In this document: one piece after another, positions 9,846-20,214 of the stretch
How the letters are laid out: each line of letters opens with the position of its first letter
How positions within the stretch are numbered: position 1 is the stretch's first letter
DNA from: Macrostomum lignano
Taxonomy: Eukaryota
Length of the DNA stretch: 64,000 nucleotides
NCBI GenBank assembly: GCA_002269645.1
Contig: NIVC01002429.1
Location: 1-64,000, forward strand
Direction of reading: 5' to 3'
The notes under the pieces: model-generated
What the model saw: the letters and a program-made list of their open reading frames with translations, nothing else
Database searches by the model: none
What the model was told of the DNA's origin: nothing
Made by a program: the position numbers and the translations under genes

Positions 9846-10407
9846 GGCTATGTCTTCCTAGGGACTTTGGGGCTAGGGACTTTGCAGTGCAGACCCAGGG
9901 ACAGCGGAGCGGAGGTGGACCGGCCTTAACGGGTGCTGACGGAGCGACGCGGCTGTGCAGCAACCGCAGGACTCGACGACCAGCGCAGAGCGACCAGAGC
10001 AACCGGCGACAGTAGCGACAGGGAGACGAGGCACCAGAGCGACGGCCGTACTCGGCGGGATGCAGGGAAGCAGTGCTAGTATTACTTGTGAGGGTAAATG
10101 TTTGACGGTTTCATTTTTTTGTTTTTTGTGAACATTTAGCGTTTTTTTCGAACTTCAGCGTTTTTGTTAAAGTGAGTTTTTCCCAAAATTTGCGTATTGC
10201 TTCCCAATGATGCGTACTCACTATCCTATGTTTGAAGGTTTCTTCGTCATTTTTAAACGGTATAATCACTGCGGTTTTGTTTTTTGTTCGAACTAGTTGC
10301 CATGCGAGTCCAAAATATTTTTCAAATGCGGTTTGTTCCTCTGTTCAATTTTTTTGTTATAGTAGCATCATTTCAATATTCGACTTTTCGAACTCGAACT
10401 TTTGTCT

Positions 10408-10419
10408 AGGGGACGGGAG
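10408..10419 (+). promoter_or_regulatory. Polypurine tract of element 1
   Basis: AGGGGACGGGAG immediately precedes the TG of the 3' LTR. Confidence 0.9.
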
Positions 10420-11258
10420 TGTCATGAATGTGTTATTATGACTGTGTGTACTTTGCTACTTTGCTACGCCGGGCCAGTCGGCCGTCCTCTCCCCCCTCCT
10501 TAGATATTTTCTGACTCACCCACCTGCACTTCTGCGCGTGCGTACCCCTCCCCTCCCTGCCTAGACCTTTTCTGTTGAGTCAAACCCCCCCCCCCCCATG
10601 CTCTGCGTGCGACCCCCCCCTGTGCGACCCCGCCCCATTATTTTGTTAGCTTTGCTGCCCCGCCCCTGTTTGTGATTGGCTGCCAGTCCCAGTCTGCCGT
10701 GCTGCGCCCCGGCGATTGGCTGGTACAGCTCATGCGTTGCCTTGGCTGATGTCTAAGCCCCCTTTTCTGCCTTTATCCCGCGCCCTCGACCCCCAGTTTG
10801 CTGCCTATTTATTCGGCCCCCCTTGAGACCCCATTCTCGTCGTCTTCGTGGCTCCTCGGCGATTGTGCCAGCGTTGGTTGCTGAATTGCTATTCCTCGCA
10901 GAATTGCTAGACAAATATATAAGTAAAGAATATCGAGATCACCACTGCTCTGACGGCGCTGTTTCTTGTACGACTGAAATCGCGGCTGGTAAGCCTTCCA
11001 ATTTGTACGTCATTTGGGTCTGCATCTGTACTAGGCACCTTAGAGGGATTAAGTGCGTCGTACGCCGGTCCCACCCCAAGCAGCTCTGCGTCGTACGCGA
11101 GTCTGTAGGCTGTCGTGCGTCGTACGCTCGAGCAGCCTAGTCCCGACGGACACCGCGTCGTACGCGTGTCAGTGGAGGACCGCAGCCAGGGTCAGTACAC
11201 GAACCCGGGTCTGGGAAAGGGGCACGAAAGGACCGAGCCCTTGAGCCCCATCATCACA
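10420..11258 (+). repeat. 3' LTR of element 1 (839 bp)
   Basis: Matches the 5' LTR except for four small indels in or beside C-runs (+2, +6, -1, +2 = +9 bp). I saw no substitutions by eye. Confidence 0.97.
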
Positions 11259-11380
11259 GGAGTACCAGGGGTGACAGGGCTACCAGGGGTGACAGGAGTA
11301 CCAGGGGTGACAGGAGTAACAGGGGTGACAGGAGTACCAGGGGTGACAGGAGTACCAGGGATGACAGGGCTACCAGAGGT
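11259..11380. repeat. Right remainder of the 18-bp minisatellite (about 7 units)
   Basis: Same unit as 1961-2610, continuing in register after the TSD. Confidence 0.95.
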
Positions 11381-11954
11381 GTCAATGGCGTCGGGACTGT
11401 CGGATCAAAAAAAGGAAGAAATCCCAATTAAACTCGATCTTTGAAAGCTGACTCCACTACTGTCTCAATTGTACTGTGCCGACTGGGCCATGGTAGCGAA
11501 AGGTGACGCCCTCTGGGCTCTATTGGTCGTGCAACTTCATGTTTACACTTAAAGACAATGCTAATATTCAAACGCGCCGCCTCTGCCGCCTCCGTCGCCG
11601 CCACCGAGTCGCCGCGAAGAAACAGGGAAAAAAGAAACTTAAAAAAAGAGACTTTGAGTGAAAACGATCTATACTGAACCAATTTGACACCTTCCAAGTC
11701 TTCAGTTGCGCAAAGGTTTTTGTCTTGTCGAAACGCACTCGGTTAACACCTCACTGCTGACCAGTTCTGTGTGCAATGTGTATGCAAATTGATCATTAGA
11801 AGTGGATTGAGTATCAGAAGTAGCGAGAGCATGCAAGGTGATGATTGCAAGCACGACATGTCGGAGCCATGATTTTTTATTGAAGCAGTCGCGAGCGCTA
11901 TAGGAGAGGGGAAGAGTGGGGTGCCAGCAGAAGATGTCAGACAAGGTACCGTAA

Positions 11955-12412
11955 AGGAGGCACCAGCAAGGATGTCAGAGGGGGCACCAGCTAGCATGTC
12001 AGAGGAGACACCAGCAAGGATGTCAGAGGAGGCACCAGCAAGGATGTCAGAGGAGGCACCAGCTAGGATCTCAGAGGAGGCGCTAGCTAGGATGTCAGAG
12101 GAGGCGCTAGCTAGGATCTCAGAGGGAGCGCTAGCTAGAATGTCAGAGGGAGCGCTAGCTAGGATGTCAGAGGAGGCACCAGCTAGCATGTCAGAGGGAG
12201 CGCTAGCTAGGATGTCAGAGGAGGCACCAGCTAGGATGTCAGAGGGAGCGCTAGCTAGGATGTCAGAGGAGGCACCAGCTAGCATGTCAGAGGGAGCGCT
12301 AGCTAGGATGTCAGAGGGAGCGCTAGCTAGGATGTCAGAGGGAGCGCTAGCTAGCATGTCAGAGGAGGCGCTAGCTAGGATGTCAGAGGAGGCGCCAGCT
12401 AGCATGTCAGAG
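11955..12412. repeat. 24-bp minisatellite (GCTAGCTAGGATGTCAGAGG(G/A)(A/G)GC; reads EEAPARMS/EGALARMS on +)
   Basis: Visible tandem array of about 19 units. Coding status is unproven. Confidence 0.9.
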
Positions 12413-13511
12413 AAATCTCCATTAGAGACGGCCACTGCGTCAAAGCATCGAGTCCGATTGCTAACTGTTTTGCCTGCTATTTTCAAGCAGAAATTCAAAG
12501 CAACAACAGTCAAAAGAGAGGCAGCCGCCCCGCATCAATAAAACATTGATTAGCTTAGCTTAGCATCTGAGAAGACTCAACAAACAGAATAATTCTTGTC
12601 CCTACTAGTTTTTGCGCGGCTCTTTTTTGAGGAGAAGCGGGCCGCGGAGACAGCGCGCAGCAGTTCCCGTCGGCGTCGCAGTGGGGGAAAGCGGGCGGGC
12701 GGTGGGAGCGGCTGCCACATGCGCCCCCCCGCTCCCCCAATGAGACTCGCCCCGCGCAGCAATGCAGGCAGGCAAAGCAGGAAAAAAGTGAAGACTGAAG
12801 GAGAGATTTTGAAAGAAATTTTCCAGACTTCTCTGGAGAGAATTATTTCTTGAGCAGTTTTCTCTCTCCTAATATTAGTCATTTCCCGCCAATTCTCATT
12901 TTCGTGGCTTTCGCGATTGCTTAGAAGAGCTGCCTGCAGCACTCAGTCTTCCCTTCTCAAGCTGGGGAAAGAAATAAAAACTGTTGAGTTAATTTCTTTC
13001 AGCAACACACATCCCAGATCCCCACCTGCAATTTCCTGCGCCCCGTGGCAGTGGCAACAGAGTAATGCAGGCTGCTGCAGCGCTCTCTCAGCTCAGGCTA
13101 TCAAAATTCTCGCAATCCCGAAAACCGGGAAAAGCAATGAAAAACACTAGCGGAGTGCAGCGATGGTGTTTGGGGAGATTTTTCCCCAAATTGGCAATTC
13201 TCCCAGGGCTCTCCTATAGCCCTGCCAGAGCACTCAGCTGTCAGGCAGCCGCAGTTCTGCCCACAGATCAAAGAGGAGTTAAAAAACCCGGCAGAATGCA
13301 TCCAATTAACCTGCTCCCTCTTATACCACAAAATGCCCATGCCGCATATTTGACAAGCGGGGCAATGCAGTCTACACTGTTTGAGTCTAATTGCATGGAA
13401 AGACTGTGGAGGGTGCCAAAAACGAATGAAATATTTCCCAATTAAGCTGTGAAGCAGTTATTTTGCAGAGGAGTAACTGCTAAATAACCTGCATAAACTC
13501 ATCAAGGCTCA

Positions 13512-13992
13512 GCTTCTACTAACAGCTTCACAGGCTCTACCAACAGCTTCACAGGCTCTACCAACAGATTTACAGGCTTTACCAACAGATTTACAGGCTC
13601 TACCAACAGCTTTACAGGCTTTACCAACAGCTTTACAGGCTCTACCAACAGCTTTACAGGCTTTACCAACAGCTTTACAGGCTTTACCAACAGATTTACA
13701 GGCTCTACCAACAGCTTTACAGGCTTTACCAACAGCTTTACAGGCTCTACCAACAGCTTTACAGGCTTTACCAACAGCTTTACAGGCTTTACCAACAGAT
13801 TTACAGGCTTTACCAACAGATTTACAGGCTTTACCAACAGATTTACAGGCTTTACCGACAGATTTACAGGCTTTACCGACAGATTTACAGGCTTTACCAA
13901 CAGATTCACAGGCTCTACCAAAAGCTTCACAGGCTCTACCAACAGCTTTACAGGCTCTACCAACAGATTCACAGGCTCTACCAACAGCTTCA
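13512..13992. repeat. 21-bp minisatellite (ACAGGCT(T/C)TACCAACAG(C/A)TT(T/C))
   Basis: Visible tandem array of about 23 units. Confidence 0.93.
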
Positions 13993-15464
13993 CATCCTCC
14001 ACCACAGAAGCTTAAACAAAAAGCCAAAAAGGCCTCAGAAGACAAAAAGCAAGCCGGTACCAGCAAGACAGAGTCAGTCAGTCCCGTATATATCAGGTGA
14101 ACTAGCTTGCAGTGAAACAAAGCAAATTACTGTGCAATGGAGGGGGAGGGGAGGCATTGACTGGCAAACGCATGATTGAACTTGAAACCGCGGCAGACAA
14201 AAATTGCGTCACACACACAGCGCAACACAATTGGGCCCAATCTATTTGAAGTTTTCAACCCCCAAAGACCAGAATAAAGGTTGAATAGGAGCTGAAATTG
14301 CCCAGAGGGCGAATTGCTAAAAAGCTATAAGCCAGCAGATACAGTTGCATTGAAACACACAATCCAGTACAGTTGCCAGCCCAGCAAGTGTTCGCGCCGC
14401 TCTCTCATTTCTCGGGTGTCAGCCTGCGAACCTCTTAGAGCGTGCAAAACCTGCCACCCTCCCTCAGGCACAGGGGATGCCCACCTGCACACACACACAC
14501 ACACCTGTAAGGCAGGCCATCAGGGCTCCATGGCTGCGGACTGACAGGACAGAGAAAAGCATAATTTTAGCTTTATGATGAGGCGCCGCCTGTCAAAAAG
14601 TCATTTATTATTTTTTTATTCTGAGCAGCCAGTTAGCTAGCAGGTGGAGAGTCTCTTAATTGGATAGAAATATTGATAATTAATTAACTTCCCAAGTTGT
14701 CATTGCTTATTTTATAATTCACCATTATAAAGCATATCAGATAGCAAACAATGGAGACAATTATATTTCTTATTTATTTAACCCGATCATTTTTGTTTTA
14801 ATAAGCCACGCTAATTGTTGTTTTTTAAATATTATCTAAACATATCGGTAGGGTCGATTCATTCTAAAGTCGTATTTTTGGGTAGAAAAAATCCAAAAAA
14901 CCTGCAGTATAAAAAATCAATTTGCGATTTGATACAGACATTAGGAAAGCAAACTGAACTGTCAGTAATATACAATACTTATAATAATAAGTATTTAGCC
15001 AATAGGTAATAACACATATTTACATGACTATAGCACTGATTATACAGTAACAAATATAACATATCGCGCTAACAGGTTTACCGTGTGTGTGCATGTTATG
15101 ATTCGGGGAAAAGCAGACTGATTGCTAGGCTGGGCTGACACAGGCAATAAAGCAATAATAAGGTCGGCAAAGCTGTGGCCCTCGGGTCCTTTGAAACTTC
15201 ACAAATAGCGATCTGGCCAGATAAAGGCTTGTGTCTCTTCTCGGCTCTCTTCTCACCTTTTATCAACTTATCTATCCTTGCAGCTCCTCTCTCCTCTCAT
15301 CTTCTCTTACCCTTTTCACCCCTCTCATCCTCTCATCTCACTGCTTATCTATTCTCTAATCTGATCTCCCCTCTCTCATCTCTGAACTCATCTATTCTCT
15401 AATCTCATCTCTCCCTGTCTCATCTTCCAACTTATATATTCTCTAATATCCACATTACTCCTCT

Positions 15465-15715
15465 CTCACAGCTCATCTATTCTCTAAGCTCTTCTCTCCT
15501 CTCTCATCTCACAGCTCATCTATTCTCTAAGCTCTTCTCTCCTCTCTTATCTCACAGCTCATCTATTCTCTAAGCTCTTCTCTCCTCTCTCATCTCACAG
15601 CTCATCTATTCTCTAAGCTCTTCTCTCCTCTCTCATCTCACAGCTCATCTATTCTCTAAGTTCTTCTCTCCTCTCTCATCTCACAGCTCATCTATTCTCT
15701 AATCTCATCTCTCCC
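15465..15715. repeat. 43-bp CT-rich tandem repeat (about 6 units) within a CT-rich tract
   Basis: TCTCTAAGCT recurs at 43-nt spacing (15481, 15524, ...). Confidence 0.85.
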
Positions 15716-16346
15716 TCTCTCATTTCCTCCTCTCATCTGACCAGCAGCCATGCTCTAGATTGTTCATCCCGAGGTTACCAAAGCATGCCGACCCCAACTA
15801 GAATGCACAAAGATGCAAAAAAACTCGGAAGATCGGAAACTGTTGATTATAACTATTATAGCCAGTGGTATCCGCTGACAAGATTTCATATAATCGCGGG
15901 AACAAACTGCATTTTGCACTACTTAAACTAAGAACAGCCCAAGTAGTATAATAAGAAAATTAGCACAAGCATATTAGCAAAAGTTAAAATACGAGAACTA
16001 ACTCGGCGGCTAGGCTAAAATAGAAACCAGCATGTAAAAATTCAAATCACAATAAGCAGCAGGAAGGACCCTTAAAATTCTAATTTTTAGGCATTGTACA
16101 ACATTTTGCCAGCTAGCTTACAGAAAACTATGTATAACAGAATTTACTGACAAAAATCGAAGCGGTCCAATCAATAAAATCCGACAGACTAATAAAGTGA
16201 ATGAACTGCGATGCGGCTTATGAGAAGAATGAGCGGATGAAAAGTACAAATGACTAAATCCTGGCATGCACTGCAGGATCATAGATTGTGTGAGGCCGGG
16301 TGCGTTTAGCTGGCATTGCGCGAACACAGGGTAGCTATTGGCGAGG

Positions 16347-16965
16347 GACAGACAGACAGACAGACAGAAAGACTTAAGACAGAGACAGACAGACAGAAAG
16401 ACAGACAGACAGCCAGACAGACAGACAGACAGACACTAAGACAGACAGACACTATGACAGACAGACACTAAGACACTAAGACAGACAGACACTAAGACAC
16501 TAAGACAGACAGATACTAAGACAGACAGACACTATGACAGACAGACACTAAGACACTAAGACACTAAGACAGACAGACACTAAGACACTAAGACAGACAG
16601 ATACTAAGACAGACAGACACTATGACAGACAGACACTGAGACAGACAGACACTAAGACAGACAGACACTAAGACACTAAGACAGACAGACACTATGACAG
16701 ACAGACACTAAGACACTAAGACAGACAGACACTAAGACACTAAGACAGACAGACACTAAGACACTAAGACAGACAGACAGACAGACACTAAGACAGACAG
16801 ACACTATGACAGACAGACACTAAGACACTAAGACAGACAGACACTATGACAGACAGACACTAAGACAGACAGACACTATGACAGACAGACACTAAGACAC
16901 TAAGACAGACAGGCAGACAAACAGAAAGACAGACAGACAGACAAACACTAAGACAGACAGACAGG

Positions 16966-17000
<35 letters not shown>

Positions 17001-17044
17001 AAAGACAGACAGACAGACACTAAGACAGACAGACAGACAGACAA
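16347..17044. repeat. Compound (GACA)n / ACTAAGAC microsatellite
   Basis: Directly visible. Confidence 0.95.
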
Positions 17045-17558
17045 ACAACCAATATGCACACTTTAAGTGCCATAAATACAGAGAACTCAACCAGAACATG
17101 CTGTAGAATATTGCAAAGCGTATATTCAATATATGAATATGAGCATACCGTTAAAACAAAAATCAAGACCCAGTCACGAGTGCGATGCGCAAATATTATT
17201 GAAAACTGCGTTGAAAAACTAATACAAAAATATTATACACGTAGGCAAGGCAAAAAAGTTACATGTAAAAGATACAACTGAAGGTCAATGTGGACTGTTA
17301 GTTTATAAAAAATCCATGAAATTTTCAACATGTCAAACACAAATTTTCAATCAGAACAGTTTTACGCCGAAATTGACATGGCTAAGACAAGAGCTGACGA
17401 CCAATTGTTTGGCTTGATTTTATAAGCGAATAACAGCGGGCATATCAAAGCAAAGGGAAATCGTCATACATTTACTTATAGTACTTATAGTACTTATAGT
17501 AGCATTGACAGTAATTAGTGTAATTTTCAAAAATTTGAAAACTTTAACTGATGTTTAG

Positions 17559-18290
17559 GGGAAATTGAGGTCATTAGCATCGGGAATTCGGGTCATTAGT
17601 ATCGGGGAATTGGGGTCATTACTATCGGGGAATTCGGGTCATTACCATCGGGGAATCGGGGTCATTACTATCGGGAATTCGGGTCATTACCATCGGGGAA
17701 TTCGGGTCATTGCCATCGGGGAATTGGGGTCATTACTATCGGGGAATTCGGGTCATTACCATCGGGGAATTCGGGTCATTACCATCGGGGAATTGGGGTC
17801 ATTACTATCGGGGAATTCGGGTCATTACCATCGGGGAATTGGGGTCATTACTATCGGGGAATTGGGGTCATTACTATCGGGGAATTCGGGTCATTACCAT
17901 CGGGGAATTGGGGTCATTACTATCGGGGAATTCGGGTTATTACCATCGGGGAATTGGGGTCATTAGCATCGGGAATTCGGGTCATTACCATCGGGGTCAT
18001 TAATAGCGGGAAAGTGGGGTCATTACTATCGGGGAATTCGGGTCATTACTAGCGGGGAATTGGGGTAATTACTATCGGGGAATTCGGGTCATTACCATCG
18101 GGGAATTTCGGGTCATTACTATCGGGGAATTGGGGTCATTACTATCGGGGAATTCGGGTCATTACCATCGGGGAATTGGGGTCATTAGCATCGGGGTCAT
18201 TAATAGCGGGAAATTGGGGTCATTACTATCGGGGAATTCGGGTCATTACTATCGATGAATTCGGGTCATAAATATGGGGGAATTGTGGTT
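17559..18290. repeat. About 23-bp minisatellite (GGGGAATT(C/G)GGGTCATTAC(C/T)ATC)
   Basis: Directly visible tandem array. Confidence 0.93.
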
Positions 18291-18512
18291 ATTATTCGGA
18301 TAATCTCTATAAGTAAATTGGGGCCATTGTTGCATGCCAAACATGGGTTCAATATAAAAATCAAATCCATGGATTTCGAATCTACCCAGCGACCTGTCCT
18401 GTGTACATCCACGCACGCATAAAAATCATCCCATTGATCAAGAGATTCCTCAAAGCTATTTTCAAATCTAATAGCGATTAGTTTCAGAACTCATGCTCAC
18501 AATATCCTTGGC

Positions 18513-18787
18513 CTACACGGCTGCAGCAGCCTCCTGCATCTGGTGTCTGCCCTGCTTTCTCTGGTTGAACTTCTTCGACTGCTTGGCGTGCTCCTGCTCG
18601 AAGTCTTTAGTCGACAGTTCGAGTAGGAGAGCGGCCGGCAGCAGGCTGGAGGCTTCAGTCACCGAGGCGGGCAGGTTGCGCAGGCAGTCCAGCGTGTCCT
18701 CGAATGACTTCAGATGCCGGCGCTGCTGAGAAGAGCCGAGTATGCCGTTGAGCAGGGCTATCGCTACTCGGAAGATGATCTTGACGC
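18513..18787 (-). CDS. TBC1D10: TBC1D10-like RabGAP, coding exon 3 (last)
   Basis: CAG acceptor at 18790-18788 in phase 1 gives G-VKIIFRVAIALL...LRNLP...FEQEHAKQ, matching the TBC1D10 C-terminal helices. Stop TAG at 18515-18513. Confidence 0.85.
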
Positions 18788-18839
18788 CTGCGGGTGTTTG
18801 TATCAAGGTGGGCATGAGCTTGCCGCTTGATGAAGCTGT

Positions 18840-19985
18840 GGGATCTTGGGATTCCTATTGGGATTTCTAGTATTGTGATATTGGGATTCCTAGCATTGGG
18901 ATATTGGGATCCAAGCATTGGGATATTGTGATCCAAAATTTGGGATATTGGGTTTCAAGTATTGGGGTATTGGGATATTGGGGTTCAAGCATTGGAATAT
19001 TGGGATTCAAGTATTGGGGTATTGGGATATTGGGGTTCAAGCATTGGAATATTGGGATTTAAGCATTGGGGTATTGGGAAATAGGGATCCAAGCATTGGG
19101 GTATTGGGATATTGGGATTCAAGCATTGGAATATCGGGATTCAAGTATTGGGGTATTGGGATATTGGGATTCAAGCATTGGAATATTGGGATTCAAGTAT
19201 TGGGGTATTGGGATATTGGGGTTCAAGTATTGGGGTATTGGGATATTGGGGTTCAAGCATTGGAATATTGGGATTCAAGCATTGGGGTATTGGGAAATAG
19301 GGATCCAAGCATTGGGGTATTGGGATATTGGGATTCAAGCATTGGAATATTGGGATTCAAGTATTGGGGTATTGGGATATTGGGGTTCAAGCATTGGAAT
19401 ATTGGGATTCAAGTATTGGGGTATTGGGATATTGGGATCCAAGCATTGGGGTATTGGGACATTGGGATTCAAGCATTGGAATATTGGGATTCAAGTATTG
19501 GGGTATTGGGATATTGGGGTTCAAGCATTGGAATATTCGGATTCAAGCATTGGGGTATTGGGATATTGGGATCCAAGCATTGGAATATTGGGATTCAAGC
19601 ATTGGGGTATTGGGATATTGGGATCCAAGCATTGGGGTATTGGGATATTGGGATTCAAGCATTGGGGTATTGGGATATTGGGATTCAAGCATTGGGGTAT
19701 TGGGATATTGGGATATTGGGATCCAAGCATTGGGGTATTGGGATATTGGGATTCAAGCATTGGGGTATTGGGATATTGGGATTCAAGCATTGGGGTATTG
19801 TGATCCAAAATTTGGGATACTTATTGGGATCCAAGCATTGGGGTATTGGGATATTGGGATTCAAGCATAGGAATATTGGGATTCAAACATTGGGATATTG
19901 GGATTCAAGCATTGGGGTTTTGGGATATTGGGATTAAAACATTGGGATATTGGGATTCCTAAAATTGGGATATTAGGATTCCTAG
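18840..19985. repeat. Minisatellite of 10/20/30-bp subunits (GGGATATTGGGATTCAAGCATTGGGGTATT), interrupted by LTR element 2 and continuing at 24927-25030
   Basis: Visible array; related units resume to the right of the element. Confidence 0.93.
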
Positions 19986-20178
19986 TGTAAGACCGTGGGT
20001 TGAATTGCAGAGAATCAAAACGTGAGGAGACCTCACTGGCTCACGCCAATATATTTATTGCCAAGTTGGGGTGGGTGTAACCACCCTAAGCACGCACACG
20101 CCGCAGCGCTAAACCCCAACCCCCAAACCAGCCAGACGTGCACATCTAAGTGCACGCGCACCAACAAGCCAGACTACA
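19986..20178 (-). repeat. 3' LTR of element 2
   Basis: Direct repeat of 24734-24926; AATAAA on the minus strand at 20059-20054. Confidence 0.97.
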
Positions 20179-20191
20179 CTACTTTCCCCCT
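20179..20191 (-). promoter_or_regulatory. Polypurine tract of element 2
   Basis: Minus strand reads AGGGGGAAAGTAG directly before the 3' LTR. Confidence 0.9.
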
Positions 20192-20214
20192 AGAAGCAAA
20201 AGACAGTTCCAGAG

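Larger units (their letters stand above)
2611..11258 (+). mobile_element. Full-length Ty3/Gypsy LTR retrotransposon (element 1), about 8.65 kb, with gag, pol and an extra J-domain/chromodomain ORF
   Basis: TG...CA LTRs at 2611-3440 and 10420-11258; 4-bp TSD GGAG (2607-2610, 11259-11262); PBS and PPT present; domain order PR-RT-RH-IN. Confidence 0.97.

Noticed and set aside
9861-9885. Two NF-kB-like GGGACTTT sites
   Set aside because: They end in GG/GC rather than CC, so they do not match the GGGRNNYYCC consensus.
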